A stretch of DNA of 63,331 nucleotides from an uncultured Lentisphaeraceae bacterium. Its GTDB lineage: Bacteria > Verrucomicrobiota > Kiritimatiellia > RFP12 > DVOR01. Below the pieces are notes generated by a model. The model did no database searches. It had not been told where the DNA came from and was given only the letters and a program-made list of their open reading frames with translations. The stretch's first letter is position 1. Every line of letters starts with the position of its first letter. The stretch covers positions 1 through 63,331 of the forward strand of contig CAYZIC010000003.1 of the NCBI GenBank assembly GCA_964478335.1, given 5' to 3'. Below, in pieces: positions 18,851 through 27,637 of this stretch. Both the position numbers and the translations under genes were made by a program.

Positions 18851-19619
18851 TCAGCGAGCTCTGCCTGATGCGTGTTGCGGGCGGGCGTCAGCGAGTCCCT
18901 GCGGGCGACTGATCGTGATGGGGAGGCGTAGATCACAGGTGGTGAGGTGCAAAATGAGGTCTCCAGGGCCGTCAGGGAGCGGGCCGGGGATGGTAAAGAG
19001 GAGATGTCGGGGTGATGGAGATTGAATGGCACTAGCTTGAATGGGGCTACTATCAGCGGGTTCTACGACGACGGCGGTGTCGAGGTACTCTTCAGATAGG
19101 GTGAGGTTGCGGCCTTGCACGAGGATCTCGGCATCGGGCTCGATGGTATTGGGAGCGTCTGCATGGGTAGGGGTAATGCGGGTGACAAGGGGATCTTGGC
19201 GGGCTTCAACTGACATATTGGCATTAGTGATATTATGTGCACTGCCAGTGATTTGTCTATTTTTTGCACGGGTTTGCTGGGCATCGATTACGATGCGGTG
19301 GCGCGTGGGGTCGAATTGGTCTTCGCTATCGATGAAGCGGCCTTTGATGACGGGGTAAAGCTGAATGAGTCCATCGAGATTAATGCGGTAACCTTGGGCG
19401 ATAAGCTTTTGCATGAGGTTGATCAAATCATCGAGCATCATCCGACTAGAGAGAGGCGTTGATGTGGCCCTCGTCGGCGAGACGCTGGGCAAGGGTCTCA
19501 ACATTGTAGGTGGTGCCGGTCTTGACGCTGGCAACATAGGGGGCACTTGTCCCTGCAAGCAACGGGGGCTGGTGTAGGGTAAAAGTCAAGTCTGCTGATG
19601 GGGTTGTTGTTGCGCTCAT
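18851..19619 (-). pseudogene. HU-like DNA-binding domain plus DUF4469-like (Ig-like) protein, split by a frame change
   Basis: A 57-aa ORF (19446..19619, MSATTT..APYVASVKTGTTYNVETLAQRLADEGHINASL*) carries the first half of an HU-like fold. The ORF from the ATG at 19441 (MMLDDLINLMQKLIAQGYRINLDGL..) continues that fold in the +1 frame. An (AG)4/(CT)4 tract lies at the junction. Confidence 0.5.
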
Positions 19620-19690
19620 GGTGCTCCCTCCGTGTGGTTGATGGTGTCGATGGCTCTAGTTTAATCTCACTGTCTACTAAGGTATCACAA

Positions 19691-19771
19691 AATAGGTTGC
19701 AATGCGAGTGAAAAATGGGTTGCAACCCAATCTATTTTTGCCTTGCAACCTATTCGTCTTTTGGGTTGCAA
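19691..19771. promoter_or_regulatory. array of four GGTTGCAA / TTGCAACC boxes (candidate operator or iterons)
   Basis: Boxes at 19695..19702, 19717..19728 (the 12-bp palindrome GGGTTGCAACCC), 19743..19750 (inverted) and 19764..19771, spaced about 22-25 bp. They lie 75-150 nt upstream of the HU-like gene. Confidence 0.45.
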
Positions 19772-20054
19772 GGCAAATGCGCAATGGGTTCTAATCTAAT
19801 TACTCAATCGGTTGAAATGGATTATTCAATTGCATTGTAATGTGTCATGGGACGCCTTGCTGAGGTCTCTATCCAAGAGAGCGCAGCGACCGTTCTAAGA
19901 GGACGTAGGCCGTTCTAAAAGGGAGCGCAGCGACCTTTTAGGGTACTTTTGTATGCAGATGTTGCTCATTTGGCCAATTTACGGCTTGCTTTATTAAGAA
20001 GAATCTGCTAGATTAAGGACGTTGATTTATTAGTAAAGAAAGGTTCATTGACAG

Positions 20055-21956
20055 ATGAAAACAAAACTTCTCCTTTTGACGGTTCTAGCCGTCGCTCTCA
20101 CAACAGGCTTTGCAGCCGACCATTTTGACAAAAGCTACCTCTTGCCCAATGACCTAGCGCTTGCACCGAGCCAAGACCAATTGGCCATCTCCCTCTTTAA
20201 CGCCAAGCAAATCCGCGTAACGACCTTACAAGGTCAAGCGATCAAAAAGATTAACTTGGAGCGCACAACAGGCGGCTTTCTTGGCTTGGGCGGGCACACT
20301 GTAAGCTATCCAGCCCTAAGCGTAGCCTATTCTCGTGACGGTAAGAGCCTCTATGCTACTGCGGAGAATGGTAATGAGGGACTCCTCTTTAAGATTAATT
20401 GCGAGTCTGGTCGGATCGTTAAGAGCACGGTCGCAGGCAATCACCCGATGGGGGTCATTGTTTCGGCAGATGGCCAATCGGTCTATGTCTGTAATCGCTT
20501 TGACAGCTCGGTGCAACGCTTTGATGCCGACACGCTCGATAGCCAAGCGACTGGCAAAGTCACCCGCGAAGCCCACGCCTGCGCTTTAGGCCAAGACGAC
20601 AAGCTCCTATTTGTCGCCAACCATCTACCGCTGATTGCCACAGAGCCCATGGGCGCTGTTTCTGCAGTAGTCTCAGTGCTTGATGCCAAGACCCTCCGCA
20701 AGAAGTATGACATTCCCTTAGCCAATGGCGCAACTGGTGTGCGCGATGCGGTGGCCTCGCCTGACGGCCGCTATATCTATGTCTCTCACACGCTTGCGCG
20801 ATTCCAATTGCCCACGACTCAGCTCGAACGCGGCTGGATGAATACTGCAGCGCTCTCAGTTATTGATGGGCAAGCTGGCGTTTTGATCAACACAGTCCTC
20901 TTGGATGATGTAGACTTAGGCGCAGCCAATCCTTGGGCAATCACGGTCACCCCAGATGGCAAATCATTGGTCATCACTCATGCTGGCACCCGCGAGGTCA
21001 GCGTCATTGACCGTGTCAAGTTGCACAAGCAGCTCGATATGGCTCGCCTCAATCAAAAGGTCACCTCTGTCACCAGCTCGGCAGCTGATGTCTCTTACGA
21101 TTTGTCATTCCTCTCGGGAATTCGCCGTCGCATCACCTTTACTGCTGATGGACCTCGCAGTGCTGTGGCGACCAATGATCGTATCTACACAGCAGCATAT
21201 TTTGCTGACGGACTCGTAGAAATTCCCTTTAAAGATCGCGTCGTGCGTCCTCGCATCTACCCCTTGCAAAATGGTAAGCTTATCGACCTCTCTAAGGATC
21301 GTGTGCTACGCGGTGAAATGCTTTTTAATGATGCGTCCATGTGCTTCCAACAATGGCAATCCTGTGCGACATGTCACCCTGACGGCCGTGTCGACGGGCT
21401 CAACTGGGATCTTCTCAATGACGGCATTGGTAACCCCAAGCAAACCAAGAGCCTATACCTCTCTGGTTTCACCCCCCCCACAATGATCACAGGGATTCGT
21501 GCAGACATGGGGCACTGTAATCGCGCAGGCATTCGCCATATTCAATTCTGCACACGCCCTGAAGAAGACCCCATCTGCCTTGACGAATATGTCATGGCGA
21601 TGCGCGCTCACCCATCGCCTTATACTCGCGACAGTGCTGCAATTGCCCGTGGCCGCAAAGTATTTGATCTTGCAGGATGTGCAGTCTGCCATCCCCATCC
21701 TGCTGATGGCGAGGACTATTACACTGACCTCAAGCAGTATGACATGGGCTTAGGCATTCGCAACGAAGTCGGCCGCAAGTTTGACACCCCCACCCTACGT
21801 GAAGTCTGGCGTACAGCTCCCTACCTCTACGATGGTCGAGCGGTCACAATGATGGATGTCCTCACGACATGCAATCCCAAAGACACCCATGGCAAGACGA
21901 GCACCCTGACACCACAGCAGCTCAAAGATCTCGAAATCTTTGTTCTTTCGCTCTAA
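20055..21956 (+). CDS. secreted beta-propeller (YVTN/YncE-like) fused to a di-haem cytochrome c peroxidase-like domain
   Basis: A signal peptide is followed by repeated ..DGKSLYAT.., ..DGQSVYVCN.., ..DGRYIYVSH.., ..DGKSLVITH.. blades. The C-terminal half has two CxxCH haem sites (CATCH, CAVCH). Confidence 0.75.
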   Translation: MKTKLLLLTVLAVALTTGFAADHFDKSYLLPNDLALAPSQDQLAISLFNAKQIRVTTLQGQAIKKINLERTTGGFLGLGGHTVSYPALSVAYSRDGKSLYATAENGNEGLLFKINCESGRIVKSTVAGNHPMGVIVSADGQSVYVCNRFDSSVQRFDADTLDSQATGKVTREAHACALGQDDKLLFVANHLPLIATEPMGAVSAVVSVLDAKTLRKKYDIPLANGATGVRDAVASPDGRYIYVSHTLARFQLPTTQLERGWMNTAALSVIDGQAGVLINTVLLDDVDLGAANPWAITVTPDGKSLVITHAGTREVSVIDRVKLHKQLDMARLNQKVTSVTSSAADVSYDLSFLSGIRRRITFTADGPRSAVATNDRIYTAAYFADGLVEIPFKDRVVRPRIYPLQNGKLIDLSKDRVLRGEMLFNDASMCFQQWQSCATCHPDGRVDGLNWDLLNDGIGNPKQTKSLYLSGFTPPTMITGIRADMGHCNRAGIRHIQFCTRPEEDPICLDEYVMAMRAHPSPYTRDSAAIARGRKVFDLAGCAVCHPHPADGEDYYTDLKQYDMGLGIRNEVGRKFDTPTLREVWRTAPYLYDGRAVTMMDVLTTCNPKDTHGKTSTLTPQQLKDLEIFVLSL

Positions 21957-21986
21957 TCCTTTCACGCTTATCCTTAAGGTCTCACC

Positions 21987-22982
21987 ATGTTAATCCACCA
22001 AAATAGCCTTGCATCCGCCCCACTACTCTATGCCACACTGACGCAAATCTCGACTGCGGGGTGGTCTGCAGCGGCACAAGCCCCGCGATTCAACCTTCTC
22101 GATGCCACCCCGACCCTCTGGCTCACCCACCCAACGGAGACGACCTACCCCGCCGTCTCACAACGCACATTCCTACCAGATGGGCAAGCAGGCATCCCCA
22201 TCGTGCTCAATGGCCGAACCGTTGGCTACACCTATGAAGATGACTTTGCCACCTACGCCCTCTTGACAGGCGTCCTGCCACAAGATCTCAAGGCAAGCCG
22301 GTTTGACCAAACGACCTCCGCCTTTGAATCCATCGAAGCGGCCCTATTTCAAGTAGGCATGACCTTTAAGCACGTCGTGCGCACCTGGCTCTATATGGAT
22401 GATGTCCTCAGTTGGTATGACCAGCTCAACCAAGCTCGCGATGCATTCTTTGAGAGCCGCCAAATCTTTGGCGGATTCATCCCAGCAAGTACAGGCATTG
22501 GCACTGCGAACTGGTCCGGGTCAGCGATTGCGACCTGCGCCATTGCGATGAAACCTAAGAGCGACGCGGCCTCGGCCTACATGGTTGATTCGCCCCTGCA
22601 ATGCTCGGCACTCAATTATCGTAGCACCTTTAGCCGTGCAGCGGAGATCAAAACCCCCACTCAGCGTACGCTTTTCATTTCTGGTACAGCGAGCATCAAG
22701 CCCGCCAGCCACGACGTGGCCTACATTGGCGACATTGTCAAGCAGATTGACTGCACGATGAATGCCGTGGAGGCGATCCTCACCTCGCGCAAAATGACCT
22801 TCGCAGATGTCTCGCGCGCTGTCGTCTACCTCAAGGATCCAGCATTCTTAGAGCCTTGGCGCAACTGGCTCGCCCAAAAGGGCTTGCCGGCCTTTGCCCA
22901 AGAGATTGTCGCCGACGTTTGTCGAGACGAATGGCTCTTTGAGATCGAGCTTGATGCCATCACCACCCAACAGATTGACTGA
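21987..22982 (+). CDS. chorismatase-like protein (FkbO/Hyg5/XanB2 family, RidA-type fold)
   Basis: ..RTWLYMDDVLSWYDQLNQARDAFF.., ..ASTGIG.., ..LNYRSTFSRAAEI.. and ..LFISGTASI.. followed by ..IGDIVKQIDCTMNAVEAIL match my recollection of FkbO-type chorismatases. Not verified by search. Confidence 0.5.
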   Translation: MLIHQNSLASAPLLYATLTQISTAGWSAAAQAPRFNLLDATPTLWLTHPTETTYPAVSQRTFLPDGQAGIPIVLNGRTVGYTYEDDFATYALLTGVLPQDLKASRFDQTTSAFESIEAALFQVGMTFKHVVRTWLYMDDVLSWYDQLNQARDAFFESRQIFGGFIPASTGIGTANWSGSAIATCAIAMKPKSDAASAYMVDSPLQCSALNYRSTFSRAAEIKTPTQRTLFISGTASIKPASHDVAYIGDIVKQIDCTMNAVEAILTSRKMTFADVSRAVVYLKDPAFLEPWRNWLAQKGLPAFAQEIVADVCRDEWLFEIELDAITTQQID

Positions 22983-22988
22983 TACCCT

Positions 22989-23696
22989 ATGCCCTATTTC
23001 GTTAATATGATTCTCTACGTTCTTGTAGCAGCATCCATCTATTTGGCCTTTCCACAACCGCACAGCTGGCTTACCAGCAATGCGGTTTATGCAGTCTTAT
23101 GGGGACTGCTTCTCATCAATGGATTGGTTGCGCTGCGTGCGCTATGCAGATGGATCAAGCACCCAAGCGGTTTTGCCATTGCATCGCTGGGATTTCACCT
23201 CGGCTTTCTCCTGCTGATTGTCGCAGGTGGACTCTCAAGAAATAGCACCTCTGGCTACGTACCGTTGGCCGCAGGCGACCGCGAACGCCGCCTCTTTGAC
23301 AAAGCCATTCGTACGCCCTTGTCGACGCTCCCCTTTTATATTCATCTAGATAATTTCACGATTGACACCTATCCCTCTGGAATGCACCGTCAGTACTATT
23401 CACAGCTACGACTCATCGACACCGCCACAGGCGAGCAGTACCAAGGCACCGCCTCGGTGAATCATCCCGTGCGTCATGCTGGTTGGACCATCTATCAAAT
23501 GAGCTACCAGCACTTTACCGATCCCCAAACAGGCGCACCGCTGTGGGTCACCATCTTGCAAGTCAAGCACGACCCTGGCTTGCCTTACCTCTTTACGGCC
23601 TATGGGCTGATCGTTTTTGCTGCGCTTGCCTTTGCCATTGCCATCTTACGTCGCAAACGTCCCACCAAGCACCAGGAGGCTCACGATGGACATTAA
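22989..23696 (+). CDS. short ResB/Ccs1-like cytochrome c biogenesis protein
   Basis: Four TM segments, and a C-terminal ResB-type block ..FYIHLDNFTIDTYPSG..YYSQLRLID...SVNHPVRHAGWTIYQMSY. At 235 aa it is much shorter than the usual ResB of over 400 aa. Confidence 0.6.
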   Translation: MPYFVNMILYVLVAASIYLAFPQPHSWLTSNAVYAVLWGLLLINGLVALRALCRWIKHPSGFAIASLGFHLGFLLLIVAGGLSRNSTSGYVPLAAGDRERRLFDKAIRTPLSTLPFYIHLDNFTIDTYPSGMHRQYYSQLRLIDTATGEQYQGTASVNHPVRHAGWTIYQMSYQHFTDPQTGAPLWVTILQVKHDPGLPYLFTAYGLIVFAALAFAIAILRRKRPTKHQEAHDGH

Positions 23697-24408
23697 ACTA
23701 TCCCTACTCGGCTGGCTGCTCAATATCACCTTTATTCTCATTGGTGCGACCGCCATCACGCGTAAACGCCTCCTCTGGGCTGCTGTTTTTTGTTGTGGTA
23801 TAGCGATCCTTGCAGTGCGTGGTTGGAGCGCAGGTCATATGCCCATGCGCAACCTCTTTGAGTCGTTCTTATGGTTTGCCATGCTCTTTCCCCTCTGCAC
23901 GGCACTAGAATGGCACTTCACGCGCGTCGATACGCTTCGTCTCGATGCTGCGCTTGCTCTGGTATTTTTCTTTCCCGTCGTCTTTGTCTTTAAAGAGACC
24001 CTCTCACCGCTGCCGCCAGCCCTGCAGAGTCCATTCTTTGTGCCCCACGTCTTTGCTTACATGGCTGGCTACGCCCTCATGGCCAGAGCGGCCTTTTTGA
24101 GCTGGCGTAGCGACCTCCACCTCGCAGACCGCTCGGCGGTGATAGGATTCTTTTGCATCACAGTAGGCCTAGCACTAGGCTCGTGGTGGGGCAACGAGGC
24201 TTGGGGCGGCTATTGGCAATGGGACCCCAAAGAGATGTGGTCCTTAGCCACGTGGCTCATCTACGTCGGATACTTTCATATTCGCCTTAAACCACGCGCC
24301 ACGATTTGGGCTAGGGTCCTCTTGTGGCTCGGTCTGCTATTCATTATCCTGACAGTCACGTGGATTAACCTCTCAAAGCTTTTTCCAGGAATGCACAACT
24401 ATGCCTAA
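23686..24408 (+). CDS. ccsA: cytochrome c biogenesis protein CcsA/ResC
   Basis: ORF 23617..24408 trimmed to the ATG at 23686 (MDIKLSLLGWLL..). It has the Trp-rich WWD motif WGGYWQWDPKE and flanking conserved His residues. Confidence 0.85.
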   Translation: MDIKLSLLGWLLNITFILIGATAITRKRLLWAAVFCCGIAILAVRGWSAGHMPMRNLFESFLWFAMLFPLCTALEWHFTRVDTLRLDAALALVFFFPVVFVFKETLSPLPPALQSPFFVPHVFAYMAGYALMARAAFLSWRSDLHLADRSAVIGFFCITVGLALGSWWGNEAWGGYWQWDPKEMWSLATWLIYVGYFHIRLKPRATIWARVLLWLGLLFIILTVTWINLSKLFPGMHNYA

Positions 24409-25213
24409 CCCCCCCCCAGATCCCAGCGAAGAAGCCGCTGCACATCCTGCTATTTGCGTCATCGATGAATTGATTGATGCGCTTGAATTCGCCCGAGAAT
24501 CGGGCGTAAAGCGCATCCCCGTCGACCCTGTAGTCTGGCGTGAATTTGTGAGTCCGCGCAAGCAGGCTCAAGTCCAGCAAGCCACCGCACAAGTGGTGGC
24601 AGCGAGTCAATCTACCGATTCCAATATCCCCAGCCATGATGCTGCAGCATTGTCCACGCTCAATAGCGCCATTGAATCCTGCGAAAAGTGCCCCCTACAC
24701 AAGACCTGCACCAAGCGTCTTGTCGGCCAAGGCAATAGCCAATCGCCAGACATCATGTTGATCAATGGCATGACCTCGCATGCAGACATTCTCGCAGGCC
24801 AAATCATCTCAGGAGCTGCGGGGCAACTCCTAGACAAAATGCTTGCCGCAATCGGTCAAAGCCGCCAATCGGTCTACCTGACCAGTGCCTGCAAATGCGC
24901 CACACAAACCGGTAGACAAGACCCCGTTGCCCAAGAAACCTGCGCAGCGCTCCTCCAACGCGAAATCGCCGCCGTCAACCCCAAGATCATCATCATGCTT
25001 GGCCCTGTCGCCGTCAAGGGCACATTTGCCAATTCATCAGCTGGGCTCTGCGACACCATTGGCAACTGGCATCACTGGCAAAATAAAATTCTTGCTGTAG
25101 CCATCCATCATCCCATGCGCATGCAAATCCTCCCAGAGGCTACCGCACACCCCCTCAAAGCAGACACCTGGCAAACACTCCTTGCAGTAAAAAGAAAGCT
25201 AACCAATGGCTAA
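24401..25213 (+). CDS. uracil-DNA glycosylase, family 4, with an N-terminal extension
   Basis: ..CEKCPLHKTC.. Fe-S Cys pattern, ..GQGNSQSPDIMLING.., ..GAAGQLLDKML.., ..IHHPMRM. Confidence 0.75.
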   Translation: MPNPPPDPSEEAAAHPAICVIDELIDALEFARESGVKRIPVDPVVWREFVSPRKQAQVQQATAQVVAASQSTDSNIPSHDAAALSTLNSAIESCEKCPLHKTCTKRLVGQGNSQSPDIMLINGMTSHADILAGQIISGAAGQLLDKMLAAIGQSRQSVYLTSACKCATQTGRQDPVAQETCAALLQREIAAVNPKIIIMLGPVAVKGTFANSSAGLCDTIGNWHHWQNKILAVAIHHPMRMQILPEATAHPLKADTWQTLLAVKRKLTNG

Positions 25214-26483
25214 GTTTATCATCAAAGGCGGCAAGACAATCTCAGGCACGCATCGCGTTTCGGGCAATAAGAATGCAGCCCTCCCCATGCTTGCGGCTGC
25301 ACTGCTAACCCAAGATCCCGTCACGCTAACAAACCTCCCCAACATTCTCGATGTCCAAGTCATGCTCCAAGGCATCCAAAAGCTCGGCGCTCGAGTCGAT
25401 TATCGACCAGAGGTCAACCAAGTCACCATCCGAGCTAAAAAGATCAGCGACACCGTTTCAAAAGAAATCTGCGACAAAGTCCGCACCTCAATTCTCTTTG
25501 CAGCCCCCCTACTCGCCCGCACAGGCAAAGCCAAACTCTACCCACCTGGTGGCGATGTCATTGGCAAGCGTCGGCTCGACACCCATATCAATGGCTTTAA
25601 AGCTCTCGGTGCATCCGTCTCTAAGGCCCTTCTTTTCAAAGCGCCCACCCGCCTAACAGGCACCTACTTTCTCCTCGATGAAGCCAGCGTCACCGCCACA
25701 GAAAACCTCATCATGGCAGCAGTCTGCGCCCAAGGTCAAACCACCTTTTACAATACCGCATGTGAGCCCCACATCTGCGACCTCTGTAAGATGCTCAATA
25801 CCATGGGGGCTAAAATTACAGGCTACGGCACTAACCGCCTAATCATTGACGGCGTAGATAAGCTCCATGGCACGACAGTCTCCGTTGGGCCAGACTTTAT
25901 TGAAGCTGCCTCCTATCTGGTGGCAGCGCTAGTCACAGACGGATCGATGACCCTGACCCACATTCGCAAAGATGAGTTTGACATTATGCAAGGCGCCTTT
26001 GCCAAATTTGGCGTCAAGTGGACGATTCATGACGACACGCTCATACTACCTAAGCAAAAGCTCAAAACCACCTATGATTTTGGGCAAGCGATTCCCAAGA
26101 TTGATGATGGGCCATGGCCAATGTTACCCTCTGATCTTATTAGCATTTTGATTGTATTAGCGACCCAAACGCGCGGCACCATGCTGTTTTTTGAGAAAAT
26201 GTACGAGAGCCGCCTCTACTTCGTTGACAGGCTGATCGATATGGGGGCTAGGATCGTGCAATGTGATCCCCATCGTGTGGTCGTGACTGGTGTCAGCAAC
26301 CTCCATGGAGAGATTGTCGCCAGCCCAGACATACGCGCAGGCATTGCACTCGTCATAGCAGCACTCTGCACCAAAAAGGGACAAACCACCGAGATCGGCA
26401 TGGCCGAACGCATCGACCGAGGCTACGAAAAACTCCACATTCGCCTCCAAGAGCTCGGTGCCGACATCATCAGAGAGGACTAA
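25206..26483 (+). CDS. murA: UDP-N-acetylglucosamine 1-carboxyvinyltransferase (Asp at the Cys115-equivalent position)
   Basis: 425 aa with ..SGNKNAALP.. near the N-terminus. The active-site loop reads PPGGDVIGKRRLDTH, against LPGGCxIGARPVDLH in E. coli. Confidence 0.93.
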   Translation: MAKFIIKGGKTISGTHRVSGNKNAALPMLAAALLTQDPVTLTNLPNILDVQVMLQGIQKLGARVDYRPEVNQVTIRAKKISDTVSKEICDKVRTSILFAAPLLARTGKAKLYPPGGDVIGKRRLDTHINGFKALGASVSKALLFKAPTRLTGTYFLLDEASVTATENLIMAAVCAQGQTTFYNTACEPHICDLCKMLNTMGAKITGYGTNRLIIDGVDKLHGTTVSVGPDFIEAASYLVAALVTDGSMTLTHIRKDEFDIMQGAFAKFGVKWTIHDDTLILPKQKLKTTYDFGQAIPKIDDGPWPMLPSDLISILIVLATQTRGTMLFFEKMYESRLYFVDRLIDMGARIVQCDPHRVVVTGVSNLHGEIVASPDIRAGIALVIAALCTKKGQTTEIGMAERIDRGYEKLHIRLQELGADIIRED

Positions 26484-26486
26484 TTT

Positions 26487-27623
26487 ATGAAGATCTTGTG
26501 CGACATCAACCTCCCCCTAGCTGAATCCCTCTTTAGCCGTCTTGGAGACGTGCAGATGATAGAGGGTCGCAGCCTCACCCCCGAAATGGTCCACGATGCC
26601 GACCTCCTCATGATTCGTAGCACAGCCAAGATGAATGAATCCCTCTTGGCAGGCTCATCTGTCAAGATGATTGGCTCTGGCGTCATTGGCACCGACCACC
26701 TCGACCAAGCCTACTTAGCGCAAGCCGGGATCCCGTGGGTCAATGCTCCTGGGTGCAATGCCCAGAGCGTCGCCGACTACTGGACGACCGCCATTTTGCA
26801 GCTAGGACAAGTCAGAGGGATCACTTGGGCTGGCAAAACCGTTGGCATCATTGGTATGGGCAATGTCGGCCAAGCCGTCAATTGTCGCGCACAAGCCCTC
26901 GGCATGACCGTGATTGGTTGTGACCCCTTTATCCCCGGGCAAGGCTACGTCGACATCGATACCCTCCTGCCCCAGTGCGACATCATCACCCTCCACACCC
27001 CCCTCACCCACGACGGCCCCCACCCCACCTACCACCTCTTTGCTGGACCACGCGTCCGCAAAGTCAAGCCCGGCGCCGTCCTCGTCAATATGGCCAGAGG
27101 CCCCATTCTCGAATCTGAGATCGTCTGTGCAGCCATTGACCACGGATTCCTATCCGATGCCATTATCGACTGCTGGGAGGGCGAGCCAGACTGGTCTGCC
27201 AACCTCGCAAGCCACGCCTTTAGGACAACCCCCCACGTCGCCGGCCACGCTTACGAAGGTCGCATCAATGGCACCATCGCCATCTACCGCGCAGCCTGTG
27301 AATTTGTGGGCGTGCCCACAGGCGAAATCCCCCCCTTGCCAGCTGCGCCATGCGCAGAAATCACTTGCGATGCAGCCAATTACCCTACCGACCAAGCCCT
27401 CCTTTGCGACATCACCAGTCAAGTCTGTGACATTGCTGGAGACGACAGGCGATTTCGTGCGGCCTATACAGACGACCCAGCAAGCCGCCGCAAAAACTTC
27501 GACACCCTACGCAAGACCTACCCCCTACGTCGACTCTTTGCCGCATCGACAATCCTCCTCAAAAATGCGACACCCACACTCATCAAAACAATCAACGCCC
27601 TTGGATTTAACTGCATCGCGTAA
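26487..27623 (+). CDS. pdxB: 4-phosphoerythronate dehydrogenase
   Basis: N-terminus MKILCD.N.P typical of PdxB, NAD-binding motif GIIGMGNVG, and the extra C-terminal dimerisation domain (378 aa). Confidence 0.85.
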   Translation: MKILCDINLPLAESLFSRLGDVQMIEGRSLTPEMVHDADLLMIRSTAKMNESLLAGSSVKMIGSGVIGTDHLDQAYLAQAGIPWVNAPGCNAQSVADYWTTAILQLGQVRGITWAGKTVGIIGMGNVGQAVNCRAQALGMTVIGCDPFIPGQGYVDIDTLLPQCDIITLHTPLTHDGPHPTYHLFAGPRVRKVKPGAVLVNMARGPILESEIVCAAIDHGFLSDAIIDCWEGEPDWSANLASHAFRTTPHVAGHAYEGRINGTIAIYRAACEFVGVPTGEIPPLPAAPCAEITCDAANYPTDQALLCDITSQVCDIAGDDRRFRAAYTDDPASRRKNFDTLRKTYPLRRLFAASTILLKNATPTLIKTINALGFNCIA

Positions 27624-27637
27624 AAAGGTCCTCAACC

